Source: Vicugna vicugna (lineage: Eukaryota). Taken from it: a stretch of 64,000 nt of DNA. Shown one piece after another: positions 48,531-61,135 of the stretch (the first letter of the stretch is position 1; each line of letters starts with the position of its first letter). Both the position numbers and the translations under genes were made by a program. Location: the NCBI GenBank assembly GCA_013265495.1, contig MU061804.1, positions 2,878,263-2,942,262 of the forward strand. The letters are read 5' to 3'. The notes beneath the pieces are model-generated. The model ran no database searches and had not been told where the DNA came from. It worked only from the letters and a program-made list of their open reading frames with translations.

Positions 48531-49265
48531 GTGAGGTATGTTCAGTGCCCAGTACAGTCCCTGAACTGAGTAGCTTTCAACAAACGTTTGCCACGTGACT
48601 GAGCCAATGAAAGCACGGATCCACGGATGAACGGATACACTAGTGGGATTCCTCCCCCCCGGGCCTCAGAACACACTTGTTCTCAAAGCCGGATGCTCCT
48701 GAGACTCATTCCTCAGGGACCCCTCTCGCTCAGGTGCAGACCCAGCCCTGGACACTGAAAGGTGCAGTTTGTCAGCAAACCGGGCCGGGAGAGACGTGGG
48801 ATTCCCCACTGGGACCCCGGAGAGGAGGGCTGGTTGGGGAAAAGGACAGGCAGAGCAGAGGGAAGCTCCCAGGGGCCCACGGAACCATACGCTGCCCTCG
48901 GAAGTCCCCCTGCTCTGCCCTGACCACCTCGGTCTCCCAGGTCTCCAGAGCACAACGGCCACGCGTGGTCTCTGCTCCACTCAGCTCTCCCGCAGCCTGC
49001 CTTCCACCTGTTGGCTGGACAGCGTCTGTCTAATTACATAGTGCATTTCCCCAGAATGAGACTCTGCGTGTCTCATCCATCCCAGTAACGCCTGGCACAG
49101 AGCTGGCCTGCTTACTGGTCTCAGGATCCGAGACAAAGGTTCCAAGAAGCCACAGCCCTATGTTATGAGCAAGGAGAAGGGTCGGGAGGGTGGGGGCAGT
49201 GCTGACAGGCTAACAGCAGGGGATGGAGCCCGAGGGCAGCGCGGGGGTGCAGGGGCTGAACTCAC

Positions 49266-49453
49266 ATCTCCTTCTCCTGGTGCAGCTTGCAGGCCTCTCG
49301 CTGCAGGCTCTCCAGCTGCTGCTGCGCTTCCTGCAGCTCCCGGGCCGTCCGCTCCAGCTCCTGGGCCAGCTCCTGGTTTGTGAGCCTCAGCTTGGTGTTC
49401 TCGGCCCTGGTTTCCTGCTTGTCATTGCTCAGGGCGGCACACTGGCCTTCCAG
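49266..49453 (-). CDS. CRACR2A: CRACR2A coding exon: [62 protein letters not shown](M)
   Basis: Acceptor tttccag|CTG, donor AT|gtgag, 188 nt. Confidence 0.96.
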
Positions 49454-51314
49454 CTGGAAAGGAACCGGGGCCAGGGGTGTGCAGAGGGTGAGCACCGCCA
49501 CGGTCAGGCTGGCCTGCCCCCGCCACCCCGCTTTCCCCGCTTGCTGGGCTGAACCTGCCCCGCGGCCCCTCACTGCCTCCAGCCTCGGGGAGCTCTGTCT
49601 TCCCCGTCGTTCACACACACACACTCTCGGAGGCAGGCGGGCTTCCAGAGCACACCTCGTCCCGTCCCCGTCTCCGCGGGGCCACCGAACAGGCCGTGGG
49701 AGCGGCGCCACCCAGAGACCGCCAGGAAAGGAAACGCCACGTCGTCTGTGTCCCTTGCCCCGGTGACAGAGAGCCTCATCATCTCATCAGTGGTCTCATC
49801 GGTGGCCTTGAGATCTGACCTAACTCCCTCTTCTCCTTTACGCCGATTTCCTTCCCTTGGTCCTCGATGGAGGCGGGAACAGGTGATGCCGTTTTCCTAA
49901 AACCGCCCCTCCCGGTCATGAGTCCTAAGAGCCCACCCGTTCAGCCCTTTCCTCCTCTCCGCTGAGCCAGTTCAGCGCCTTGAATCCAGAGAAGCTTGGT
50001 GTGGGTAGCCAGAAACCCTGGAAACTCTCAGGGAAGAGCTCAGACAGGTCAGACCGGACACACACCACTTCTCACGTCCCTGAAGCAACTGAAAACCCTG
50101 CGTTTGTATCGCCTCAGCTTTCCTTGGCTGGTGATGATGCTGTGCAGTGCTTCCAGCCCTCTCACCAGAGGAAGACTCAAACCAAGGCAAATAGACCATC
50201 ACAAGTTCAGTGCAATGAACGTGGCCAGAAGGAGGAGGAGGAGGCCGCAACAAGGCATCTTGTATGATTCTCAAGAGGCTCCTGTGTAATCAGGCGAGCA
50301 TGCAGTAATTAAGTGGAGTGGCAATCATTCAGGGGAGGATAAATCTAATTGGTAAGAACTTAATGCAGAGGAGTGAGGAGGAGGAAGGGAACAAGGAGTG
50401 TCTGTGCAGGGGGAGGGGAAGGCTCTGAGAGCGTCTTGCTGCAGGAGAGAAACCAAAATCTGCAGGTTGGGTGCTCACGGGAGTGATGCAGTCTCCAGCC
50501 TTAGCATGGGGTGTCTTCAAGCGCACTTTGATGTGTCGCTAAAAACAGCCCTCTCTATTCACATGGAAGCAATGCGTCTGGGTCTGTCCAGGGCTGGATT
50601 CCTTCCAGCATCAGACAAAACAAAACAGGAGGCCAAGTGGAGTCCGGGCCTCTCTCCTCTATGAGCCCTTGCTTTGGAGAGGAGGCTGCGATCGTGAGGT
50701 GTGCCTCGGTAATCAGTCTCCCAGCCATGGTGGAAGGACACCACCCCACACAGTGTACCACTCAGCCCGTCTCTGGCGCTCAGGTGCCTGTCTCCATCCT
50801 GGAGGGTGACAGGAACCGTCCCAAAGGACGCTGGTGCACCTTGTCCGGCACACGAGAAGACGGGATGGCCAAGCTGACCTTTGAAGAGCCTCTTCCACCT
50901 GGAGGCACCCCTGGCCATCCTGGCAGGAAGACGTGACAGTCCACAGCCTCCCCCCAGATATCAGTGACCGTGTCCCGCCAACCTCAGCATCCCCGCCCTG
51001 CCTCACACAGGATACAGGAAACATGTTACACTTTGGCCTTCTGGTGGCTCCTGGGCAGAAGCATGCAATGATGCCTGCAGGTACTTCGAGGGGGAATTCT
51101 CGGCAATTTTCCCAAGTGCAACACCTGGCACGGGAGAGGTGAAGGCTTTATCTTGGAATTACCTATAATTTCTAATGCTCTCTTTTGTATAGCTAAATGC
51201 TTCTTCTCAGATGAAAAGAAAAAGTCCTTAAGCAAATGGCAGGGAGAGCAGGCAGGAGCCAGAGCCGAGGGGGAGGAAGGGTCTGGCCCTCTGAGGACAC
51301 GGACAGGAGTGTAC

Positions 51315-51410
51315 CCGCTTCTGCTTCTGGGTCAGCTGCTCCAGCTCCTGCTCCTTGGAGAACAGCTTCTGTTCCAGCTCCTGACTGCGGGCCTGGAACC
51401 TCTCCGTGTC
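51315..51410 (-). CDS. CRACR2A: CRACR2A coding exon: [32 protein letters not shown]
   Basis: Acceptor ggcag|GAC, donor CGG|gtacac, 96 nt, phase 0/0. Confidence 0.96.
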
Positions 51411-52499
51411 CTGCCAAGCCAGGAAGAGCGACACATGAGGCCCAAATGCACCCGGGATGGAGATTTTTTTCCACCTTGAATCTGCTCAACCACAGGGCCC
51501 GCCCATCCTTTGGACCTTGAGGCCCTTCCCACAAGCTCCCAGTGTCTCACTGCCTCGCCGGCACAGAGCGTTGAGGCGGCCTGTTATGCTGGAGCTGGAC
51601 GTGCAGGTGGTTAAATATTTCCCTCGTGGACTCACAGCGCGAGAGATGGAGAGATCCAACCAGGGGTCCAGCCTTTCCAGCTGTCCTCAACTGTAGCCCC
51701 GCTATCCTCACGCTGTGGCCAGGCGAAGCCTGTGTACCCAGGGGCTTAACAGCCTGGCCAAACACATCTTCACAGCTTCCGTGTTTATGCAAACAGCATG
51801 AATCTAAGCACTGAGGCTGAAAGGCGTTTGGGTCTCAGGGGCACCGAGGAGGGAGAAGCCGGGGCAGGAGGGGAGAGGTGGAGGCGCAGGCTCCACGTGC
51901 TCAGGCAGCCTCACTGGTGCACACTTGGCCGAGAATTTTTCTCCTCCGACCTCTTCCCACTCACCATCCCCGGGCCTTGGCCCACCCTTTGTGCTGGAAG
52001 CCCACCTCTTTCCTTAGCTACGACCTTTAACTTACAGTCATGGTTTGGGTAGAGGGTGCTGAATGCCCCCCAGAGCTCAGCCCCTCTGAGCAGAAGGCCA
52101 CTGGGGTAAAAGGGTGGCTGTCCTATCTGGGGGGCCGGGGTAGGGGGAGGCTGCTGTTCTTGGAAATCTCTGGCCGCGTCTGCAAGGGGAGGAGCTGAGT
52201 CCTGTCTGCATGTCCCGCTTCATCACACGAGAGGCCGGACACAGCCGGAACGCATGGGAGCCCTAAGAAGCAAGCGGGGGCGGTCTGGAAATACCGACCC
52301 TGTGCAGGGGCCCTGGGAGAACATGGCCGGCTTTTTCTGGGAGGCATTCAGACGCCCTTTCAGTCTGGACATCTGTGATCATAAATGGGGCTGCGGTGTG
52401 GATAATCGGAAGCAGCATAAAATGAAAGACCGATTCAAACCAGCCTGCACCAAGGAGGAGGGAAGGGGCCTGACAACAGCTCAGGTCTGCGCTGAGAGG

Positions 52500-52835
52500 C
52501 AGCGGGTGACAGGGTCCCGTGTTCAAAATTCTATGTTGACTCTTAACTCCCAAGGTGACGGCCCCAGGCGGTGGGCCCTGTAGGGCTGATAGGGTCATGA
52601 GGACAGAACCCACGTCAGTGGGATTCGAGCCCCCATCGGAGACGCCAGGGGACCTGCCTGTCCACCCGAGGACACAGAGAGCGCTGGGCAGCCCGCAGCC
52701 GGGAGCAGGGCGCTCAGCAGGACCCGGCCGTGCTGGCCCCCTGCCGTGGGCTTCTAGCCTCCAAAACTGTGCGAAATAAGTACTAGTTGTGTATAAGCCA
52801 CCGGGTTATGGTATTTTTGCCATGGCTTGGACTAA
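52500..52835 (+). mobile_element. ERVL-MaLR solo LTR (MLT1A-like)
   Basis: caaaattctatgttga..cttaactcccaaggtga..gggtcatgagg at the start and ttctagcctccaaaactgtgcgaaataa..taagccacc..tatggtattt at the end are typical MLT1 termini. Confidence 0.75.
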
Positions 52836-53269
52836 GCCAGGAGAACACCGTTTGAGACCGAAGACTTTTCTGCTGAGAACCCACTCAGCGGAGAATCCAA
52901 AGACGGATCATAGAGCGTTGCCTGTAGCTCTGTTTTAGGAGTGTGTCCCCCTGCTTAGCCTGGAAAAGGAGGGGACGTCACTGCTTCTGACCTCCCGAGA
53001 CAAACAGCAGGGCTTGGGGGAAGGCGAAGGGCAGGCTAGAAGCAGGGGTGTGAGTCTGACGTCTCCCCCGGGCATTGAGAAGGGGAGGAGTTTGCGTTGC
53101 CCTGGGAGTTAAATTCTCTAGGTGCCGAAGGGGAAGGGGGAAGCCCCGGGTCTACTGAGGGGGCTGCGGGGCATGGAGCGGGACGGGCTGGTGCGCCTGG
53201 GGGCGGCCCAGGCCCGGGCCCGGCTTCAGGCTGCTCCCACTGGTAAAGCACCTTCATCCTTTTGTGCAT

Positions 53270-53420
53270 TTATTCCTTCCTTCGTTTGCTCACTTGTTCA
53301 TTCATTTATTGATTCAACACACACGCCGAGCACCTGCTGACTACGCCCCAGGCGTGGTGGAGGTGCTGCGGCTATGTCAGTGCATCAGAGATAAAGATCT
53401 CCCTCTCTGGGGCTCACGTG
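53270..53420 (-). mobile_element. L2 3' end
   Basis: ttcattcatttattgattcaaca..gagcacctgct..ccaggcgtggtggaggtgctg, L2 terminus pattern. Confidence 0.6.
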
Positions 53421-53470
53421 TTAGAAGGACCAGGCGGATCACAGCCAGGCCCCGGGACGGGGGCTCTTAC

Positions 53471-53561
53471 CTTCAGGAGGAACTTCTCCTTCTCGCTTTT
53501 GATTTGTTGCTCCATCTCCTCATAGAGGTGCTGGATTTCTTCGTCATAAGCAGCAATTTTC
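53471..53561 (-). CDS. CRACR2A: CRACR2A coding exon (coiled-coil): (R)[30 protein letters not shown]
   Basis: Acceptor ggcag|G, donor AAG|gtaag, 91 nt. Matches CRACR2A/EFCAB4B. Confidence 0.96.
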
Positions 53562-55984
53562 CTGCCGACAGAAGCAGAGTCTGATGAGATTGACACCGAG
53601 ACCCCCCTGTCCCGCGGTGGGGAGTCCCAGAGCTCTGGGCGGAGAGGGTGACTGCATCGCAGGTCAGGTCAGCCAAGGCTGCAGGGCCAGCTGACCCCAG
53701 GGGCCCGGCCGAACCCTCTCATCCTCCTGTCTCCTGGCCGTCACTCCCCCGGCTCTAGCTTCCTGTCCGCTGCTGCGCTTGCCAGCTGCTTGCCCACTGA
53801 TCCCTGTGGTGTTGGCAGCACAAAGGTGTGTCGTGCTGGCTTCTTTTCTGCTTGGTTTCTTGGCTTCTCTCTTTCCCCCTCTGGATGCTGTCCCTCTGCC
53901 TAGCTGCATCAGCACCGTCTGAACTGTACTTGCCTGGAAATTGTGTGCTGAACTTTGTGTGACCCGCACTTCTCAGCAGATTTTCCAGAGGGGCCCTGGT
54001 GGTGACCGCCACCACCATCACCACACCCCTCCATAGGAAGGGCCCCACACCTGGCCAAGGGCTCAGGCCGTCTCGGCACAGGGCGAGGCTGGTTAAATGC
54101 TGAGGGTGGTGCTGACACGTCCTCACCCCTGCTCTCAGCATCCTCTCCTCCTCTGGAGAGCCCCACAGGACAGGAAGTAAGTAGCTGGGCTCCTGCACGG
54201 AGACGGAGACAGACGTGGCTCGGGGACAAGGTCTGTGGGCCACCCCAGGGCGGCTCCTCCTTCTCTCCCAGTAACGGATCCTCCCCCAAGTTCAAACGGG
54301 AGGGACTGGGTGTTAGCACCTGAACCAGGACCAGAAGTGACCACACGTGGCATTCCCAGGGGACTGCGTCTTCACGCCTCCTGTCCAAAGAGGGTGTATG
54401 AAAGGCCCTCGTGGCCCCTCCCTCCCTCCCCTCTTTCTCTCCTGTTACAGGGGCTCTAGGCTCCAGCAAGCAGGTGGATGGCGTGGCTCTCAAGGTCTGT
54501 TCTGAACACACAACACACACACCTACCGCAAATTTCGGCACCTGCCCTTCTAAATGCAAACGCTGCCCCTCCTCGTCCTTTACTCGAGGAAACATGCTTT
54601 TATAATTGAGGAAAGAGCCCTGGTTCTCAGTTCTGAGAAGTACTGGGGAGATTCTGAAGAATACAACAAGGATGGGAAAGCATTCATTCCTCGGAGCCTT
54701 CCACCCTTCAAATACACACCTCCTGTATCTTGATGTCCCCCGGGACTCTGGTCCGGCGCCCTCCCTGCTGCCCGAGGCTGCCCGCAGCCCACTGCCTGCC
54801 CTTCCTCACTCACTGCCTGTCAGGGGAGCACTGACTGCCATTTTGATCGGCATCCTTCCAGTCCTACAGAAACCACACAACAGACCCGGACGCGGGAACT
54901 GGTGTGGGTCTCCGTGGTCCAGGTCACTCATCTGTCTTTGCTCCCTTTCTTGGTTGGACCCCCAAGACCACCAGCCTGACTTAGAGTGAACATGACATTG
55001 GCCCGGGGAATGCTGAGCGAGAGAGGACAGCGCTCCAAGACCCCAAGAGCGGAGGCTCTGTGTTCACCACTGGGCTCCCCGTCCCCAGAGTAACACGTGT
55101 CTTTTTGGCTAAGAGTGAGAAATCTTGTCTTGGTAACTGACAAACGTTTGGACTGTCACTTTGGTTCTTAGCTAACCCATAACAACTACAAGGAAATAGT
55201 GGCAAGAAATAGGGAGTGAAGGCACCTGCTGTGGAACAGGGCCACCCCAGGGACACAAATGAATACGTTTTCATGGAAATTCCAGAAAGCAAGATGGTCT
55301 TCCCTTGGTCCCTGGACTTCTCTTCCTGTGTGCAAAGAAATTCAGATGCTGGATGTAAATGGTACTGAGGAAAACTTTAGAGACAGTGATTCCAGCCATA
55401 TGGGTACCAGAGAACTAATAAAGGGAGAAGAGAAAAACTTAAAAATGGATTTGGTGCTGTTAAAGCAATACTAATTACAACCATTCATATGAGCTGTTTA
55501 CCATTCAGGCCTAATAACCATGCAGGGCATTCATTTAACACTGTCATTAAATGTGTTATATTAACTTGAAATTTTATTTGATTAAATTAAGAAACTCTAT
55601 GCTTTTTGTGCTCACATGTCAGTTTGTTGTCGTGAAGTCAGTAACTTTGCAAATTGCTCAACAAAACAACAAAGAAATAGAGGAAAGATAGATGGATCTT
55701 CTGAAGGGAACCTCCCCCCAGCCCTCACCACAAAGGATGTGCCCACCACCAAGAGGCCCTGGGACCCCGGTGGGCGTCCAGCATCCTGGACCCCAGCAGA
55801 CTCAGACACGGAACCCACGCTTTGGAAATGCTTTTGAACAAAGCTGGCCTCCTGCCAAGGCCCGAGTGACTTCAGAGGGTGAGCCCTGACTCAGGGCTGG
55901 ACACCCGAGCCCCGGGAATAGGAACATGAAGGCCCTACGCACACCCCTCGCATCACTGAACCAGCCCAGGGGGCAGGAGACCGG

Positions 55985-56130
55985 GGTTCTGATCCCAGAG
56001 CCGGCTCATTTCCTCCGCGCGACCTTGGGCAAGTGCTCCGACCTCCTGCGACCCGGGGACTGGTGTTCCCTCCGGCCTCGTTGCGATGATGAACGGGAGG
56101 GCAAAGCGGTGGAAGCCACGAAGCCTAAGC
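55985..56130 (+). mobile_element. MIR, strongly GC-shifted
   Basis: gggttctgatccc...cgcgaccttgggcaagtgctccgacctc aligns with the MIR core tgtgaccttgggcaagtcacttaacctc. Confidence 0.6.
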
Positions 56131-56859
56131 ACATGTCAGGGCTGATTTACCGTCGTAATTGCTGTCTGGGGCTGCGGCGGGCGGGGGCCGGCGCCCCGCA
56201 AAGGAGGACGGTCTTGGTTTCGAGGAGAAAAGGCTGCTGGGTTTGGAAAGGGTCAGAGGCCATCAGGAAGATGAAGAACGGAAAGTCTGGTCAACACCAC
56301 CTCCCGACGGAGCAGCCCATCCGCGACCGGCCCCGGCTGAGCAGGAGCCGCGGCGCCAGCAGCCTGCCCGCCGGGGGCCCCGTGGCGGCCGTGGGAACAG
56401 GCCCAGGGGGAGACTCGGGAGACCCCGGCCCCTGGCGCCCCGCGTCCTGCCCCCGAAGGAAGGAGGCGGCCCGTTATGTTTGCTTATTAACCACCCCTTG
56501 TGGCCACCGTCTCTGAAACCACTCGTGTGGCCTGATGCACGCAACAGACTTCGGGGTCTTCTTCGAAGAGAACTTCCCCATCAATCCCAGCGCACTGCCC
56601 CCCACCCCAGACCTCCGAGGACAGCACACGTCTTTGCCGGAACATTTCATTTCAAAGCTCTGAACAGTGGTTTCTTTTGGGTTTATGCTGTTGAAACTAG
56701 GTTGTGAACACTCAGACATTATGTCACCCACGGGGCCTGTGCTCAAACTGTTAAGGCTGCAAATCTGTAGGAAATACAGCTAAGGCTTTGGATACCAAAC
56801 TCAGAAGCCCATGGACCACATTGGGGGAATACCGGCTTCCAGGGGAGTTCAAAACCTGC

Positions 56860-57640
56860 AGGGTTGGAAAGTTTGCCTGATCCAACCACCTGTTTTTCCA
56901 GTGTTAAATCCTTGCTACAATATCCCCACCAAGTATTTACCCAAACTGGGTTACAACGGTCCCAGTGGCAGGGAATGCTGGGTCTCTAAGCAGTTCTTTC
57001 TTCTATGGAATATTCTGCCCCATAGAAATATGTCCTTTCTATGACCTTGTGCATCTTCTGCAGATATTTTAAAACAGTGTTAAGACTTGAAGGAGTCGCC
57101 TTGAGTTGAGGCCACGCCTCTCCATTTCTGCCAGCCACGTCTTACGTGGAATTTGTCCTCTTTGTAAGTCTTTTCACTGTCGTCCCCTTTACTCTAATTT
57201 AGCCTTCTCAGTCCACAGAGCCCCACACTGAATGCCCAGTGTGTGAGTCTGATTGGTGCAGGTGGGAGCTGGATGACTGCTCTCCTGACCCGGACGCCAC
57301 GTATCTAGTCATGCAGCCCAGAAGCACATTCACTTTTCTTGGCAGCCACACTACAGTGGATGAATGCCGAGCCCGTTTGTCAGCTGAAACCTCTAAACCT
57401 TATGGCTGTGTGCTTGTTTTTGTTTTAAAGATGGTACCACTGAATCCTCTCCCTCCCACCTTGTGTTTCTGCCACTGGCATTTTGGATTTTGGCAAGGTC
57501 TCAAATGTAATTCTGTTAGATTTTATGTTTGTTTAGATTCAGTCCATCTTTTTAGATTGTCACTATCTTAATGGGTCCCAACTGGTTGCTCAATGACCTT
57601 CCAAGCTGTGTTGATACTTTGAATGTTCAATCATAATGTA
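56860..57640 (-). mobile_element. CR1/L3 LINE fragment
   Basis: atgcagcccagaagcacattcacttttcttggcagccacactac and tccaaccacc...atatccccacc...tcccagtggcagggaatgc resemble the antisense L3 consensus (recalled). Confidence 0.65.
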
Positions 57641-57649
57641 AACCAAATA

Positions 57650-58260
57650 ATCCACAATGTCGGTTTTGATTATTTATCTGAGAGTTACTTAGAGGAACAT
57701 TTTTAAAAATATACAAACTACTGGTTTCTAGTTTTATTGTATTATTGTAAGAGAATATATTGGTAAGGAATTTACTTTTTGGAATCTATTAGCCTTTCCT
57801 TTGTAGCCCCATATGATCAGTTTTTACATAAGTTCTATGAGTAGAATGTCTCAGAACCACTCCACAGCTTGCTGGTTGATGTTTCAAATACTTTGTATAT
57901 TTAATCTGCTTTTTGCTAGATGAATGTCAAATTTGAGATAAGTTTGCTAAAATTCTTCTAAAGTTTTGTCTTTATCAATTTTCCTTTTGCTTTTCCAAGT
58001 TTCTGCTTTATGTATTTTGTTGCTATGTTGTTTGGTACATAAGGGTTTGTATCTGTTATATCTTCTTTATGGATGGAACTTTTTTTTATTACTACAAAAT
58101 ATTTTCCCTCATCTCCCTTTATTCATGCCATTAGTAAAAATGTTGAACAAAACAAGGAGAACAATCTATAACAAAGCTCTCTGAGCTACTAATTAATAAC
58201 ATGTGGGCATAAATATGCAATCTGTCTTCTACTAGCCATTCTCAAAACACTCTGCTCCTC
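57650..58260. mobile_element. Degenerate AT-rich L1M-like remnant
   Basis: Abrupt AT-rich block with L1-like words (ttgctatgttgtttggtacataa). Subfamily not assignable by eye. Confidence 0.35.
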
Positions 58261-58574
58261 CAGGGATGTGTTTAATTATTTCATTCTATGCCATCTGTGC
58301 CCAGTTATTTTGAGCAACAGAGGAAGGAGGAGAAAAAGAAGAGAGAGAAAAGAGAGGGAGGGAAACAAACATGAGTTCTCAGGGGGACAGAGGACAGACG
58401 TATGAGGAGCCAGGGAGAGTAGGTAATAGTCATGATCACGACTATTTACCCTCTCCTTTCTGTCTCCCTGTGATGGCTGGATAGCCCCTCTTGCAGAGTC
58501 CAGGGTGGTCTAGGCCATAATCCCCTGCTGACAGCTACAGCTGGCTTAGAGTTCATGAGACTCAGAGTGAGAAA

Positions 58575-58740
58575 GTCTCTGTTCAAATCCTGGTTCTGAC
58601 ACTTATAAGCTTTCTGGCCTTGGACAAGCCATCTTATGTCAGCGAGCCTGAGGTTTTCTGCATCTGGAAAATCAGGTGGTAACAGCTATGTCAGAAAGAA
58701 GTCACCAGGACTAAGTCAGATAATGCTTGTCCAGCGTGAC
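58575..58740 (+). mobile_element. MIR
   Basis: gttcaaatcctggttctgacactta..ccttggacaagcca..gagcctgaggttttctgcatctggaaaat core. Confidence 0.7.
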
Positions 58741-59540
58741 AGGGAGCAGAGAGCCCGCATTTACTACATTCTAATTAAATAAGTTCTCTGATCCTCCAGA
58801 GGCATGGGGATCCCATTTTGAAAGTTGTTTCTCTTAAAATTCCTTCAGATGTCAGCCAAGAGGCAAGTAGAAACTGAAGGAAAATCATGCAGCTGTCTGG
58901 TGTGTGCTGTGTGAAGATGTGTGCAGGGATGTGTGCAGAAGCAGGGAGGCAGGAGGGACAGAAGACATGGGACGGACACAGAGGGGTGGCTCAGGAGAGA
59001 AGACTGTGTGGAGAGAGATCCATTGGGTCGCCACCAACATTACAAAGTACTGATTAAATTCTTCGTAAAGCCACATTTGGGGTAAAACAATTTGGACTTC
59101 CAGAATGGTCTCTGCACACCAGGAATTGAGCATTTATGAACTTCAAGTCCAGCTGAAGTGGCGCGGAGGAAAGGAACAGGCAGAAGAAGCCACACACCAC
59201 GAAGCAGGCCCTTTGCAAGCTCCAGCTGACACAATTCTGTGACCTGTGACTGCAGAGCCCTGGCTGAGGCAGGAAGCGGGAGAAGGCCCCCTGCTGCGAT
59301 GGTGGGGAGGGTGTAGGGTCCTCAGGGGAAAAGCTAAGAAAGGCTGAGTCCAGAAGAGGGAGATTTTCCTCAGCTGGGGGAAGGACAACACTTTGGTACT
59401 GAGGATGCTGCTCGGGATGTGATGGGTCTGAAAGGGTGGGGCCCCCTGAGCGCCAGGCTGAGAGGCCCAGGTCCCAGCTCGAGGATGCTGTACCATCCAG
59501 GGCGTCTGAGTTCAGAAGATGCACCTCTCTGAAGGATGAC

Positions 59541-59582
59541 TGTGTGTGTGTGTGTGTGTGTGTGTGTGCACGCGCGTGCATG
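59541..59582. repeat. (TG)14 followed by cacgcgcgtgcatg, an alternating purine-pyrimidine tract
   Basis: Read directly. Confidence 0.92.
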
Positions 59583-60989
59583 GGCTGTGCATGTGAACAG
59601 GAACAGAGGGACTGAAGAGTTATGGATGGGACACGTGGGAAGGAAGGAGGGCTGAGAATAGTGATTCTCAGGTAATTACAAGGCTTACATTCTGAGAGGC
59701 CTTCAGAGATAATTTGCAGGGAGCAAGAACTGACCCTGCCAGCCTCCCACAGGCGCGGGAAATCAATTAACCTTCACAGAGTGCACTGCGCCCAGAGAGC
59801 TGAGGTACCAGCTGGAGGACGGCGCTAACACTCAGCACCACTGGGGTTCCAGCTCACGGAACACAGGCCAAGGCCCTCCTGCTACAGAATATTACTCGGT
59901 CAACATATTTTTCTCCTGTTTCCTCTGCTTTGCCTTTGATTAGGAACAAAGGATCTCAGAATGTCACCTGGTCCAGCTTCTAGGATCCAGACAGGATGTG
60001 CTGAAATTATTCCAGGAAAAATGTAGCGTCTTCTCCCTAAATGGAGGTGGAGTCTTGACCTTGGACAGAACAAATGGCTATTTGTCTACATTTTAGATAA
60101 ATTTCAGGAGATGGAACTCAAGACTGCGGTTCAAAACGGCCACTGGCCTTGGAGAATTGTTGCTCTGGTTTTCTGTGCTTCTGTGTGGATGGGTAGTGGT
60201 CTGGTATGCCTATCTCTGGTTTGCAAAGTCTGGTGAAAGGCAGATGCAGACAGAGGAAGGGTCTCCTTCTCATCACAGACTGCGCGCTCGAAAGCCTCCT
60301 GTGTCCCACAGGAAGGGAATGAGGGCCGAGGCAGCAAAGTGGCCGGTCTGTGGTCAGCCAGGTTCCCGGGCCAGGGTGGGGGGGAGAATCCAGGCCTCGA
60401 TCCAGTCACGTGTCCATCTGCAATACCACACTGTCCTCCCAGCATCCTCGGTTTAAAGCTGCCAACGCCAAACGTCTGTGTTTAGGATTGCAGTGATCCA
60501 AGTTCCATCTGGGGTCTGTCCATCATGGCACGAGCATGGACTGGGGCGAGGACTGGGGCCGACCGACTGCACCGCTGGACAGAGAGGGCCATGATCGTGG
60601 GGGACTGACCCCTTTCCTGTGTCTCCCCTATACCTGCCCCTCATCCTCTGATCACAGAGTGAAGACCCTGGACCAGAAACATCTCAACGAGTCTGCTATT
60701 TGCCAGAGAAGAAAACGGAAGCGAGTTCAGCCTGCGCCAGCTTTGTGGTTGGGATGAGGCCAGTAGGAGGGACTCAGACTCAACACTGCCCCCTGCCTCC
60801 TTCTCCAGGTAACTGCAGGCTCCGGCAGCAGAAGGAAGCTCTTACTAGAAAAATCCACTTGGGATTTTCTTGTTCCCCCGAAATCAGTCTCTCTCAGTCT
60901 GTCTGATGCCTCTCTGTCCCCGTCTCTGTCTGTCTGCCTGTCTCTCTCTCACACACACACACATGATTAGAGTAAAGCTGAACAAATTT

Positions 60990-61135
60990 GGGCGGGTCTA
61001 GCTCAGTGGTAGAGTGCGTGCTTAGCATGCACAAGGTCCTGGGTTCAATCCCCAGTCCCTCCATTAAAAAAATAAAAAAAAAAAATTAAATAAGCCTAGT
61101 TACCCCCTCCAACCCAAACACACACACACAGAGAA
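60990..61135 (+). mobile_element. tRNA-Ala-derived SINE (Vic-1 type)
   Basis: tagctcagtggtagagtgcgtgcttagcatgcacaaggtcctgggttcaatccccagtccctcca, then an A tail and cctagttacccc. Degenerate TSD agta(a/c)agctgaa at 60971 and 61142. Confidence 0.9.

Noticed and set aside
54096-54116. REST/RE1-like site AATGCTGAGGGTGGTGCTGAC
   Set aside because: One half matches, but the essential GGACAG half is disrupted (14/21).
60992-61063. Genuine tRNA-Ala(AGC) gene (also the copies at 5606 and 35866)
   Set aside because: Acceptor stems do not pair, and the copies have SINE tails and target-site duplications.
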